Assembly (NCBI GenBank): GCA_963704645.1
Contig: OY969926.1
Coordinates: 512,001-576,000 of the forward strand
Reading direction: 5' to 3'
DNA: 64,000 nucleotides
Origin: an uncultured bacterium
GTDB taxonomy: Bacteria > Patescibacteriota > JACMRA01
Made by a program: the position numbers and the translations under genes. This document shows, piece by piece, positions 1 through 10,114 of the stretch. The first letter of the stretch is position 1, and every line of letters begins with the position of its first letter. The notes beneath the pieces are model-generated. The model saw only the letters and a program-made list of their open reading frames with translations. It was not told where the DNA came from and did no database searches.

Positions 1-112
1 CCACTACCACTTTCTTTTTGTGATAATTTAACTCTACTTCCTCTCCTTTTAAAAGTAGTTCTATGAAATATCCCATTTGGCTGCGTAATTGTTTAGTAGT
101 AAAAGAAACCAT
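1..112 (-). CDS. Partial Phd/YefM-like antitoxin (runs off window start)
   Basis: Manual translation MVSFTTKQLRSQMGYFIELLLKGEEVELNYHKKKVV resembles the Phd/YefM N-terminal pattern; not in the ORF track. Confidence 0.45.
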   Translation of the reverse strand, partial: MVSFTTKQLRSQMGYFIELLLKGEEVELNYHKKKVVV

Positions 113-676
113 AAGTTCAACTTATTTATAATAAAAGGTTGAACTTATTTTGTATTTTGGTCAAAAATGGAGGTTTATTAGAGCAAAAACACCGTAAATC
201 TGCAGTGAGACTGACAAATTACTTGGGTTTTTGGGTTGGACAGCTAATTTTCTTGTGCAAAATTAATCTATTTTGGGTTAGACCTACCGTAGTCATAAAA
301 AATACAACCGTAACTCATGTTTAATTGTTCCAACAAGTTCTAAGCTTAAGGATAATAAATATTATTTTAAAATAAAATACAGTGGCCAAAATTATTCAGC
401 CTTAATTTCTCAAATACAGGTTGTGGATAGTAAAAGATTTAGAAAGAAAATTGCGGAACTTACTGAAAATGAGCTAATTAATTTAAAGCAATATATTGTT
501 TCACAAACTTTTTAGCAATAAATTGACCTCTGTTTCCAGAGGTGTGTGGGTAATCCCAATTTGTTATCTAATAGTAAATACTTTTTATTTTTGTGTCAAA
601 GTTGAGAGCTATTTATTAAAACGCCGTAAATTTGCAGTGGCATTGAGAAATTGCGTGGGTTTTTGGTTTTTGGATC

Positions 677-2347
677 TTAGTTTGGTAAAATTAATTTTGA
701 TAAGCTTTCGAAGTTTGTTTTGAAATCAGTTTCCGTAATATTTTTACCTGCATACTTTCCAAGCTTAACCTTAACTTCCTTATCATTCTTAGCAGAGCTT
801 GTATTTAGGTATGTCTTGAAAGGATGTTTTGTATTGGGATTGTCGACAAAGTGAAAATCGGATAAATTCAATTCTGAATTGAAATACTTGTTAATCAAAA
901 ACTCACCATATAGCGGTTCTACCTCATCTCTTTTTAAATTTATAATTTTATTTTTATTTTCGCCTAAATCTATAAATTGCTGAAATTTTTTACTTTTATT
1001 AATTTCATCATCTATAATTACTTTTATATTTTCTGTCATTCCTAAATATAAGAATGCATCGTTTCTTAATTTAATAACTTCTCTTGCCTTTGCTTCGTCT
1101 TGACCATTGTCACTAAGTATAAATGTAAACGGCCGTACTGTAAAATGTGGATTTTCTTTTAATCCTGCTAGAAATGCGCAAACACTTTTTTCTGCTAAGA
1201 AAGTTAGATTGCCAAAATAATCATTTATACTACTGCCCAACATTTCGTTTACTACATTTATACAATCACTGCCCAGATAACCATTTTCTCCCTCTCCCTT
1301 AATTCCAAAGACATCAACTGTCTGACCATTTTCTATCATGTAAACTTTTTGTGTGTCCTTAAACTTTCCAGCAGCACTAATAATAAATGGGCTATGGGTG
1401 GTTATTAGGAATTGAATGTTTAAGTTTTTTGCCAAATATTCTAAAATTCGTGCAAGATTTTTCTGTAATAATGGCTGCAAGTGTAACTCTGGTTCATCAA
1501 TCAGAATGAGTTTTTTATTCTTTATAGTTTTATTTTTCTGCAATAAACAATAATCAATTAGCTCAGATACTGACACCTCTCCTGAAGAAAGATGATTTGG
1601 TTCATATGTACTAGATAAATCTGAAATACCAAGGTCTAAGTAAACCTGTTTTCTATATTTGGCCAGGTCAGCTCTGCCTGTGTAAAATTCATGGAAGTAA
1701 TTATATGTGCCTCCTGCAACTTTTTCTCTTCCCGCCCCTAATACCCTAAACAAAACTCCATAATATCGAAACAATCTGGTAACAACATGTTTTTTTATAG
1801 ATGCTTTATGAATATTTCTTTGTTCTCCACTTTCAACCTCATGAGTTATTGTACCATCGCTTAAAAACTCTACTAGTTTGTCATCAACCCATAATAAATT
1901 ATCCGTAATGTAGTTGAATTCTAAATTATCGAAGTCAAACAATTCATGGAAACTATTAACCACGTGTTGATTATTTTCGAACCATGTTTTATACCAAATT
2001 GATGATAATAAAGACCTTTCTGTAGTAAATTCTAATTTTGCAAATTGATTATTACGACTTTTCATCTCAATTATTTTAGGTGTTAAGGTGTACATAAAAT
2101 TTCCTCTTAGATAATTTAGTATTTCTACACCCCTATCCAGACCAGCAATATTATCCTTAAAATTTGATAAAAACCAACATAGGTGGACAGCCTCTAACAC
2201 ACTACTCTTGCCACCACCATTTTCACCTACTAAATAATTTATTTGAGCTAAGTTTTTAAGTTCTAAAGGTTTTTTAACAGTGTTTCCATTCCCATCTTCT
2301 TCATCTTGAATTGCCTTAAAGTTCTGTATTTTTATGCTGTCCAACAT
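677..2347 (-). CDS. ABC-type ATPase (AAA_15/OLD-like) with possible degenerate TOPRIM C-terminus
   Basis: IQNFKAI start, Walker A GENGGGKS, signature LSSGE, Walker B LILIDEPELHLQP, H-loop ITTHSPF. Confidence 0.75.
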   Translation of the reverse strand: MLDSIKIQNFKAIQDEEDGNGNTVKKPLELKNLAQINYLVGENGGGKSSVLEAVHLCWFLSNFKDNIAGLDRGVEILNYLRGNFMYTLTPKIIEMKSRNNQFAKLEFTTERSLLSSIWYKTWFENNQHVVNSFHELFDFDNLEFNYITDNLLWVDDKLVEFLSDGTITHEVESGEQRNIHKASIKKHVVTRLFRYYGVLFRVLGAGREKVAGGTYNYFHEFYTGRADLAKYRKQVYLDLGISDLSSTYEPNHLSSGEVSVSELIDYCLLQKNKTIKNKKLILIDEPELHLQPLLQKNLARILEYLAKNLNIQFLITTHSPFIISAAGKFKDTQKVYMIENGQTVDVFGIKGEGENGYLGSDCINVVNEMLGSSINDYFGNLTFLAEKSVCAFLAGLKENPHFTVRPFTFILSDNGQDEAKAREVIKLRNDAFLYLGMTENIKVIIDDEINKSKKFQQFIDLGENKNKIINLKRDEVEPLYGEFLINKYFNSELNLSDFHFVDNPNTKHPFKTYLNTSSAKNDKEVKVKLGKYAGKNITETDFKTNFESLSKLILPN

Positions 2348-2445
2348 ATTTTGCCTAAAAATATAATTCTTAGGGTTTTATGTAAACCAAAAAATACTAA
2401 GTGTGTTTTATTTTTATGGCTTAGACCCTGAAACAAGTTCAGGGT

Positions 2446-3525
2446 TGTATATGTCATAAATTTCAGTGACAGAATTTAAATCTTCTTTTAGATTATTTCT
2501 GTTAAATTTTTAACAACATATATTCTAACATAATATGCGTTTAAACGATAATACTTTAACCAAGAATTACCTTAGACATATGAAACAATTAGTTCAAGAA
2601 TATGAATTAATTAAAACAAGGAAACATCCTAGATATGTATTTGTAAATGAATTCTACAAAGCAAATAATATAACTAGACAAAACTTCATCAAATATTACA
2701 ATAGGTATAAATTAGTTTCTATGGATAGTAGTTTAATTCCAAAGAAAAGAGGGAGAAAGTTTGGTAGTTTAAAAAGTATTCCTTTCATACAGAATAAGAT
2801 TATTGAACTTAGAAACCAAGGATTTGGTAGATATGAGATACACGATTTCCTTTTACCTAAGTATGGTAAATATACTCCTTCACCTACGACTATTTACAAT
2901 ATACTATTAAAGAAAGGATTGAATAGATTAGATCCAAGAGTAATTCAAACTAACAAAAGAAGAATCATTAAAGATAAAGCAGGAGAATTAGGCCATATGG
3001 ATTGCCACAGACTAGCTAAAGGAATACTGGAGGGTGAAAAGAATGAATACTTTCTACTAAGCTTAACAGATGACTTTACTAGAATAGTTATGACCATACT
3101 AATACCTAATCTGCAAGCTCTAACAGTTATGCTTTATACTCAAAGATTATTAGCAGTATTCAATAGATGTTACAACATAGATTTTCAAAGTATATTAACA
3201 GACAATGGACCCGAATTTGGAAGGAAAGAAACAAAAGAAGAAAACAAACAAAACCATCCATTTGAAAGATTACTGTTAGAATACAACATTAAGCATAAGT
3301 ACACTAGAGCCTACAGGCCACAAACCAATGGTAAAGTAGAAAGATTCTGGAGAAGTTTAGAGGAAGAATTACTTAGAGAGCAAGTATACCCAGATAAAGA
3401 AAGTTTAGAAGAAGAATTATTTGAATATTGTTGCTACTTCAACCATATTAGAAGACATCAAGGTATTGGTAATATTACTCCCTATGAGAAACTTAATTCT
3501 GTCACTGAATAAGTTGACATATACA
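2446..3525 (+). mobile_element. IS481-family insertion sequence, copy 1 (1080 bp)
   Basis: TGT...ACA ends; imperfect IRs TGTATATGTCATAAATTTCAGTGACAGAATT / AATTCTGTCACTGAATAAGTTGACATATACA; AGGGT direct repeats at 2441-2445 and 3526-3530. Confidence 0.93.
2535..3512 (+). CDS. IS481-family DDE transposase (integrase core)
   Basis: GHMD, TDNGPEF and PQTNGKVERF motifs; YFNHIRRHQGIG C-terminus. Confidence 0.93.
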   Translation: MRLNDNTLTKNYLRHMKQLVQEYELIKTRKHPRYVFVNEFYKANNITRQNFIKYYNRYKLVSMDSSLIPKKRGRKFGSLKSIPFIQNKIIELRNQGFGRYEIHDFLLPKYGKYTPSPTTIYNILLKKGLNRLDPRVIQTNKRRIIKDKAGELGHMDCHRLAKGILEGEKNEYFLLSLTDDFTRIVMTILIPNLQALTVMLYTQRLLAVFNRCYNIDFQSILTDNGPEFGRKETKEENKQNHPFERLLLEYNIKHKYTRAYRPQTNGKVERFWRSLEEELLREQVYPDKESLEEELFEYCCYFNHIRRHQGIGNITPYEKLNSVTE

Positions 3526-3601
3526 AGGGTGACATGGCTCGCTCGCAGATCTCAAACTTGTCTATTTACAAAGTGTAATTGGTGGGCTAAACTAAGCTAG
3601 A

Positions 3602-5575
3602 TTGGCTACAGATTTAAACAGTTTAAAAAGTAAGATAAGGGTTAAACATAGTGAGAAATTAACTTTGGGTGACCAGTTTAAAAAGGCTTTGAAATATAGG
3701 TTTTTTTTGTATGTAAACTTTATTTTAATTACAGCCGTTTTGTTTTTAAGCTTGGGTGTACGTTTGAATCAAACAGTTGTAAAAGCTAAAGATTTAAGCC
3801 CAGGCTGGTTTGAAGTTGCCAGAACATTTCTAGATTTAAACGAAAAAGATAGGCAAAATAGTGTTTTACAAATTAAGCAAGAAGCGCGAGATGCTTTAAA
3901 ACCCATTGGTAATTTTACGCTTACAAATGGTTTAATAGAAGCTCAAATTGATGAATTAGATGGTCTTTTCCAGGAATGGTTAACAACATTAAAGCCTTTG
4001 TTGGTATATAGATTTAGCCCAAACGGTTTAATTTCAAGTAAAAATAGTGAAGATTATTTCACTAACGATTTGGAAAAAATACTAAATAATTTGCCTCCGC
4101 TTTTATTAAAAACTGAACAAAAATGGGATTCGGTTAGTTTAGTGCGCTGGGCTTTAAAAAACTTTGGAACGGCAAGAATTAAATTTGCTTTGCAATTAGT
4201 TGATGATAGTTTTGCTTGGATTAAGAAAATTTATCCTAATCGTGATCAGATTCTACAAATTTTAGGCAATGACACCAGGCAGAGAATTTTAATTTTCAAC
4301 CAAAACATTGGGGAAGCAAGGCCAACCGGTGGTTTTATTGGTTCTTATATTCCAATTGAATTGTTTAAGGGTAGGCTGACCATTGGCGAAAGTCAGAGTA
4401 TTTACAATGTAGACGGCTCTAAGCCCAAACCGCTGCTTACACATCCTGCTAATTGGTATTACGCTTTAGACTATAATGGCTATGGTGAAAGTGGTATTAG
4501 AAACATTAATTATTTTCAGTGTTTTCCTTCAACTGCATCGGCTTTACAGCGTGAATTTGCAACTAGTTCGCAGGGTTTTTCAGCTGATATTATCGTATTT
4601 TTAAACCCGCAATTGCTGCAATCTTTGTGGCCAGACAATTTAACAATTCAAACCCAGACAGTGGGGGAAATAAATAGATTTAACTTTTTGGAGCAGGTGG
4701 AAAAACTTACTAGCCCTTCTCTTTTGGCTAAAGATGATAAAAATCCAAAGGCTGAAATAAGTGTTGTGGCCGAAGCTTTAATTAACAATTTTAGCAAAGT
4801 TTTAGATCAGCAAAGCAGCTCTGAACTGGCCACAATAATGGGAGTGAATTTGCTTGCTAGAAACTTACAAATTTGGTTCAAAAATAGTTTAATTCAAGGT
4901 TATTGGGAAGAAACTGGCTTGGCTTCCACACAAACTTGTGAAGGGAAAAGTTCTATTCCAACAGTATCTTTTTTGTTAGCTAATTTATCTAGTGATAAGC
5001 GTAATTTAATAAGTAAAAATCAGTTTAGTTTTTATTCTGAAAGTGTTCTTGGTGGTCATAATATTCACTTTACATACCAGCAAATTATTCCAGACTCTCC
5101 AGACTTGTTGCGCGGTTTTAATTCCGATACGCCATTAACTTTTGTAGGACTTCAAATTCCTAAAGATGCTACTAAATTAAATGTATCTGGAAATAATGTT
5201 TTGAAGTTGCCAGCCTTAAGGCAAAACTTTATGGCCTTAGCTAGCAGTCAAATTGGTAGTTCGCCAAAGTTGCTTGAAGAAGCTAAAATTGTTGAAGAAA
5301 GTATGTCAGATTTGGAAACTGGTTTTGTATATTTTCAACCAGATGGAAGTCAAGTTATAGGGGCTTATATTAGAGATACGCAAGCTAGCAAAACTAAGTT
5401 TTCGTTCTTTATTCCAAATCGTTCAGGCGCTATTAAATTTTATTCTCAGCCTGGCATGGTTAATACCAGTTTGTCTTTAGGGGAAGGTGTAGAATTTAAA
5501 GATTTTCCAAGCCAGAAGTATTTAACTAAGCAAGATAGTATTGCCATTGGAACCAGTTTAATTTTGACAAATTAA
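3602..5575 (+). CDS. DUF4012-like membrane-anchored protein
   Basis: N-terminal TM; QNIGEARPTGGFIGSY motif typical of DUF4012. Confidence 0.75.
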   Translation: MATDLNSLKSKIRVKHSEKLTLGDQFKKALKYRFFLYVNFILITAVLFLSLGVRLNQTVVKAKDLSPGWFEVARTFLDLNEKDRQNSVLQIKQEARDALKPIGNFTLTNGLIEAQIDELDGLFQEWLTTLKPLLVYRFSPNGLISSKNSEDYFTNDLEKILNNLPPLLLKTEQKWDSVSLVRWALKNFGTARIKFALQLVDDSFAWIKKIYPNRDQILQILGNDTRQRILIFNQNIGEARPTGGFIGSYIPIELFKGRLTIGESQSIYNVDGSKPKPLLTHPANWYYALDYNGYGESGIRNINYFQCFPSTASALQREFATSSQGFSADIIVFLNPQLLQSLWPDNLTIQTQTVGEINRFNFLEQVEKLTSPSLLAKDDKNPKAEISVVAEALINNFSKVLDQQSSSELATIMGVNLLARNLQIWFKNSLIQGYWEETGLASTQTCEGKSSIPTVSFLLANLSSDKRNLISKNQFSFYSESVLGGHNIHFTYQQIIPDSPDLLRGFNSDTPLTFVGLQIPKDATKLNVSGNNVLKLPALRQNFMALASSQIGSSPKLLEEAKIVEESMSDLETGFVYFQPDGSQVIGAYIRDTQASKTKFSFFIPNRSGAIKFYSQPGMVNTSLSLGEGVEFKDFPSQKYLTKQDSIAIGTSLILTN

Positions 5576-5598
5576 TTAGCCTGAAACAAGGTAAATAA

Positions 5599-6795
5599 GT
5601 GTTAAATATTGTAGTTTTAAGTTCTAATAAGAAAGGTAAGTGCGGAATTAAAGATTATACCGAGCGTGTTTTTGATGAAGAATATTATGCTGAAAATTCT
5701 GTTGAAATTTTACCAATTGGTTTAATAAATTGTTTAAAAATTCCATTTAATAAAGCAGATATTGTGCATTTGCAGCACGAGTTCTTTTTGTTTGATAAAT
5801 TAATTGGAATAACAGGATTATTATTTGTTTTTTACTTCGGAATTGTTTCTTTTTTTACTAAGAAAAAACTTATTACTACGGTTCATTCTATTCATAACCC
5901 AAACAATTTAGAATTGGCTTTGCCACATTTTGCAAAGTTCAAAATTTTGTTTCCACTATTATCATTTTATTTAAAAGTTTACTATAGGACTATTATTTTG
6001 TTTAGCCAAAAAACTGTTGTTTTAAGTAAATCTTCAGCCGATGTACTGTATTCACTCACCTCAAAGCCTACTCAAAATAAAAACAAAATTGTAGTTTTGC
6101 CCCACGGTGTTTTCCCAAGGCTGCTAGAAAATACCAATACCAACTTGCTACAAGAAAAATTTTCTGTTCCAGTTAATTCACAAATTTGGACATTGTTTGG
6201 ATTCGCTTTTGAAAACAAAGGTTATCATTTAGCCATACAAGCTTTATCTAAAATTTTAGAACAAAATTCGGCCTCAAACATCCACTTAGTAATTGTAAGT
6301 GGGGAAGGACAGGTGATGTCTGCAGATGGAAATTCTGGTGAATCTTATTTAAGTTATTTAAAAAGAATTACTAAAGAAAGTAATTTGGAAGATAGAGTTC
6401 ATTTTACAGGCTTTTTGGGATATGATGAACCAAATCAAAAAGCTTTGTTGGCAGAAATATTCACTAAAACTTTTGCATTTCTATTTCCTTATTTTAACAG
6501 AAGTAACGCTTCGGGGGCTATGGCCAGTATTTTAAGTTATCAAAAACCAGTACTAGTTTCAGATATTCAATATTTTCAGGAGTTTCCATTTTTGCCTACT
6601 TTTAAGGAGGGTAATGTTGAAGATTTAATTGAAAAAATGCTTAGTTTTTCTAGCTCAAATTACGCCGAAGAATTAGTAGAAAAAGTATCCAAATACGTTG
6701 CTGAAAATAATTTGCAACAAGTTTTTGTTCAGCATATAAATTTGTATAAGGAAGTTTTGTCACCAGAGCACTGGAACGGTGTCTTTAGTAATTAA
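5599..6795 (+). CDS. GT4 (GT-B) glycosyltransferase
   Basis: CGIKDYT, HLQHEF, FGFAFENKG, SGAMASILSYQKPVLVSD. Confidence 0.85.
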   Translation: MLNIVVLSSNKKGKCGIKDYTERVFDEEYYAENSVEILPIGLINCLKIPFNKADIVHLQHEFFLFDKLIGITGLLFVFYFGIVSFFTKKKLITTVHSIHNPNNLELALPHFAKFKILFPLLSFYLKVYYRTIILFSQKTVVLSKSSADVLYSLTSKPTQNKNKIVVLPHGVFPRLLENTNTNLLQEKFSVPVNSQIWTLFGFAFENKGYHLAIQALSKILEQNSASNIHLVIVSGEGQVMSADGNSGESYLSYLKRITKESNLEDRVHFTGFLGYDEPNQKALLAEIFTKTFAFLFPYFNRSNASGAMASILSYQKPVLVSDIQYFQEFPFLPTFKEGNVEDLIEKMLSFSSSNYAEELVEKVSKYVAENNLQQVFVQHINLYKEVLSPEHWNGVFSN

Positions 6796-6810
6796 TTAAA
6801 TAATTGAAAT

Positions 6811-7968
6811 ATGAATGAACTTAAAATTGCTTGTCATTTACCAAACAGAGAAAGGTGCGGAATTGCAACTTATGCTAAAAATTTATACGCTCAGGCCGAT
6901 AAATTAAACTCCATCATAAATAATGATGAGACTGCTAAGACTGAAATTAAACTCCAACCTTTTGATACAAAGTTGGCAGATTTGTTTAAGCTTCTTTTCA
7001 AAAAAGTTGATGTTATTCATTTTCAACATGAGTTTGGAATTTGGCCTTTGTTTGGCCTTAGTTTTTTAATATATTTATCATTTTTAAGTGCTATAAATCT
7101 CATTCAAAACAGAAAAATTGTTGTTACAATGCATACAGTTTGGGAGATAAATAAATTAGATAAAATTTTTGCTCATTACCCAAAATATTTACAATTTATT
7201 ATTAGCATTTATTTAAAAACAAGTTACTTTTTAATAACCAATTTAAGCCACAAAGTTTTAGTTTTAAATGAAAATTCGGTGGAAGTATTAAACCAATTTT
7301 CATCAAATAAAAAGAAGGTTGAATATTTGCCACATGGTTTATTTTTGCCAGAAAAAAATGAGGTTGGCTTTGAAGTTCTAAGTAAAAATTATAATTTAAA
7401 ATTAGAAGAAAAATTAATTGTAATGTTTGGCTTTGCTTACCCCAATAAAGGTTTTCATTTAGCTATAGAAGCACTTCCTGAAATTTTAAAAAAAGTGCCA
7501 GAGGCAAAAATTATTCTGGCTTGTTCAGCGCCTAGCGATGGAGGACAAAATTATATGGAAACTTTAGAAAATTTAGCAATAAAATTAAACATTCAAGATA
7601 AGGTAATTTTTACAGGTTTTTTGGAAGATAATGACCCCAAACTTCAGGCTATTTTTAAGTACGCAACTTGCTTTGTTTACCCATATTTTAACCGAAGTGG
7701 GGCTTCTGGTTCTGTTGCTACAGTGTTTGGATATGAAAAACCAATTTTAGTTAGCAATATTCAGTTTTTTGAAAACTTTAGTTTTTTGCCTAAATTTAAG
7801 GAAGGCGATGTACAAGACTTGACATTACAGATAGTTCAGCTACTGTTAGAAAATAGAGACAGCAAAGGATACGAAAATTATTTAAATAGTATAAAACAAT
7901 ATTTAGATAAGCACAGTATTCGCCAAAGTTTCCAATTACAAATTAAAACTTTCTTAAATCTTTTTTAA
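6811..7968 (+). CDS. GT4 glycosyltransferase, paralog of the upstream gene
   Basis: CGIATYA, HFQHEF, FGFAYPNKG, PYFNRSGASG. Confidence 0.85.
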   Translation: MNELKIACHLPNRERCGIATYAKNLYAQADKLNSIINNDETAKTEIKLQPFDTKLADLFKLLFKKVDVIHFQHEFGIWPLFGLSFLIYLSFLSAINLIQNRKIVVTMHTVWEINKLDKIFAHYPKYLQFIISIYLKTSYFLITNLSHKVLVLNENSVEVLNQFSSNKKKVEYLPHGLFLPEKNEVGFEVLSKNYNLKLEEKLIVMFGFAYPNKGFHLAIEALPEILKKVPEAKIILACSAPSDGGQNYMETLENLAIKLNIQDKVIFTGFLEDNDPKLQAIFKYATCFVYPYFNRSGASGSVATVFGYEKPILVSNIQFFENFSFLPKFKEGDVQDLTLQIVQLLLENRDSKGYENYLNSIKQYLDKHSIRQSFQLQIKTFLNLF

Positions 7969-7991
7969 AACTCCAAATATTACAAAACAAT

Positions 7992-8741
7992 ATGATCCAA
8001 CTTCGTGAAAAAATTGAACTTTCTCCATCTTTAATAGACTATAAGTTTAAAAATCCAACTTTAAATAATTTAACTTCTAGTTTCCCTTTTTATTATTTTA
8101 GAAGGTTTTTGTACTACTCAGGATTACAATCTTCCATTCAAAAAGAGTTAATTTATAACGAAAGAATTGCAGAATATCCTTATGTATTTAAGCAATTAGG
8201 AGCTTTTGGTGATAAAATTAAAACAGTAATGGATATTGGAAGTAACGATTCTATTTTGCCTTTGCAATTGGCTACTGTTGGTTATGAAGTTACAGCTTTG
8301 GATCAAATTAACACCGAAAATATTTATCATCCAAACATGAAATTTATTTGCCAAGATTTGTTTGATAACTCTTTTGAAGATAACACTTTTGATGCGATTG
8401 TTTCTGTTTCTGTTATTGAACACATGGGATTTGGTTTTTACGGAGACAAAGTAATGGAAGATGCAGATAAAAAGGCATTTGAAGAGGTTTACAGAATGTT
8501 AAAGCCAGGTGGAGTTGCTGTTATTACTATTCCATTATTTGAACACGGAAATTACTGGGACGATAAAATTACTAAATTTACAGAAGAAAGAATTGATTTA
8601 ATTTGTAAGCCGTTTAAAGTTTTAGATAAGCAACTTTCTTCTAAGCAAACAAAGCAGCATGGCAGCAAAACTTTCGAGTTCTTTGCTCCTGCTAAAAAAC
8701 CTACAGAATGGAATGTTTGGTTGTTAACTTTGCAAAAGTAA
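7992..8741 (+). CDS. Class I SAM-dependent methyltransferase
   Basis: VMDIGS, FDAIVSVSVIEH, RMLKPGG. Confidence 0.85.
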   Translation: MIQLREKIELSPSLIDYKFKNPTLNNLTSSFPFYYFRRFLYYSGLQSSIQKELIYNERIAEYPYVFKQLGAFGDKIKTVMDIGSNDSILPLQLATVGYEVTALDQINTENIYHPNMKFICQDLFDNSFEDNTFDAIVSVSVIEHMGFGFYGDKVMEDADKKAFEEVYRMLKPGGVAVITIPLFEHGNYWDDKITKFTEERIDLICKPFKVLDKQLSSKQTKQHGSKTFEFFAPAKKPTEWNVWLLTLQK

Positions 8742-8819
8742 TCTTTTAGTAGTCACCAAATTATTGTTTTAATTACTTTATTGAGATCACTCCAATCTTC
8801 CAACACCAATGTTAAATTT

Positions 8820-9416
8820 ATGAATAATCAAGAAATTTTAGAGGCAGCTTGGGGCTTCAAGCCTTGCATTAAAAAGCAATGGTTTTATAAAGAAAATGCT
8901 GTAAAAAAAGTTTTAGATTATGGTTGTGGTTTTGGTGTTTACGGGCAAAATTTAGCTAGTCACGGCTTTGATGTTTATTTTGCCGATGTTGATGATAAAT
9001 TTTTAGATGCAATTCCAACTTCCAAGGAAAAAAAGTTTAAAATTGAATTTGATGCTTTGCCTTTTGAAGATAACCAATTTGATACAATTATTTTAGGTGA
9101 TGTAATAGAGCATGTGCAAGATCTAGATAAATTTTGGGCTGAAGTACAACGTGTAACTTCTTCTAAAATTCTTGTTTCTGTTCCCCGCAGAGAAACACCT
9201 TTCTGGTTTAAACCTCTAAATATTACATGGAAAGCCTACGAAGACATTACCCATAAACGTTATTTTGAGGAAAAAGAATTGCAAAGTTTAGCCAATTCAA
9301 ATTGGTCAGTTTCTATTCAGAAATATTATCCAAGAGCTAAACTAAATTGGCTGTTTAATTTTTTGGAAAAAATTGGGTACTATCCTGGGTATTTGGCGGT
9401 TTTTAGTAGGGTTTAG
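8820..9416 (+). CDS. Class I SAM-dependent methyltransferase
   Basis: VLDYGCGFG, LPFEDNQFD, DVIEHV; ATG at 8820 preferred over TTG at 8781. Confidence 0.85.
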   Translation: MNNQEILEAAWGFKPCIKKQWFYKENAVKKVLDYGCGFGVYGQNLASHGFDVYFADVDDKFLDAIPTSKEKKFKIEFDALPFEDNQFDTIILGDVIEHVQDLDKFWAEVQRVTSSKILVSVPRRETPFWFKPLNITWKAYEDITHKRYFEEKELQSLANSNWSVSIQKYYPRAKLNWLFNFLEKIGYYPGYLAVFSRV

Positions 9417-9484
9417 TTGATAGTTCGAAATAATTTGTTGATGGCAATAAGTTAATTTTATTTAATCAGACTCACTTAAATTTT

Positions 9485-10021
9485 ATGTCACTTAAATTTC
9501 GAAAAGCTAGTTCTGAACAATTACCTATTGTTAAAGAAATGATTAAAAAGTATTGGACTGAGATTGAAGAAAAATATCCCGATCCTTCTACTTTGGAATT
9601 ATGCTTAGAAAATATTGATCACACTTTAGCATTTTATTATAAATTTTTTCAAGATGATTATGTTCTAAGTGAAGTGGATAATTTTTATTTTATTTATTTG
9701 GGCCAGGAAATTATCGGCTGTATTTCTTTAGAAAAGATTGAGGATATTTCGGAATTATATATTTGTGATTTGATGATTAAATCAGAATCTCAAGGTTTAG
9801 GATATGGTAAAATGACGCTGGACTTTGCTTTTGAAATGGCTAAAAAAAGTAGTTTAAAGCAAGTAGGTCTTTGGGTAGATAAAAAGAATATAGCTGCAAA
9901 AAACCTGTATCAAAAATCTGGCTTTGTTCTCGTTAAACCAGAGAAGCTAGACTGGATAAATGCTCAAGGTAAAGTGGTACTACAAACCGATAGTGAATAT
10001 TTAGTTAAAAAACTTACCTAA
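9485..10021 (+). CDS. GNAT acetyltransferase
   Basis: QGLGYG acetyl-CoA motif; N..A..LYQKSGF. Confidence 0.85.
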   Translation: MSLKFRKASSEQLPIVKEMIKKYWTEIEEKYPDPSTLELCLENIDHTLAFYYKFFQDDYVLSEVDNFYFIYLGQEIIGCISLEKIEDISELYICDLMIKSESQGLGYGKMTLDFAFEMAKKSSLKQVGLWVDKKNIAAKNLYQKSGFVLVKPEKLDWINAQGKVVLQTDSEYLVKKLT

Positions 10022-10114
10022 CTATTCACATTAGTTGTATTGTTAACTTAGCTAATTATATTTAGAAGCTAATATTCCATTCCTAGCCAATCAACAAGTT
10101 TATCCTAGATTAAA

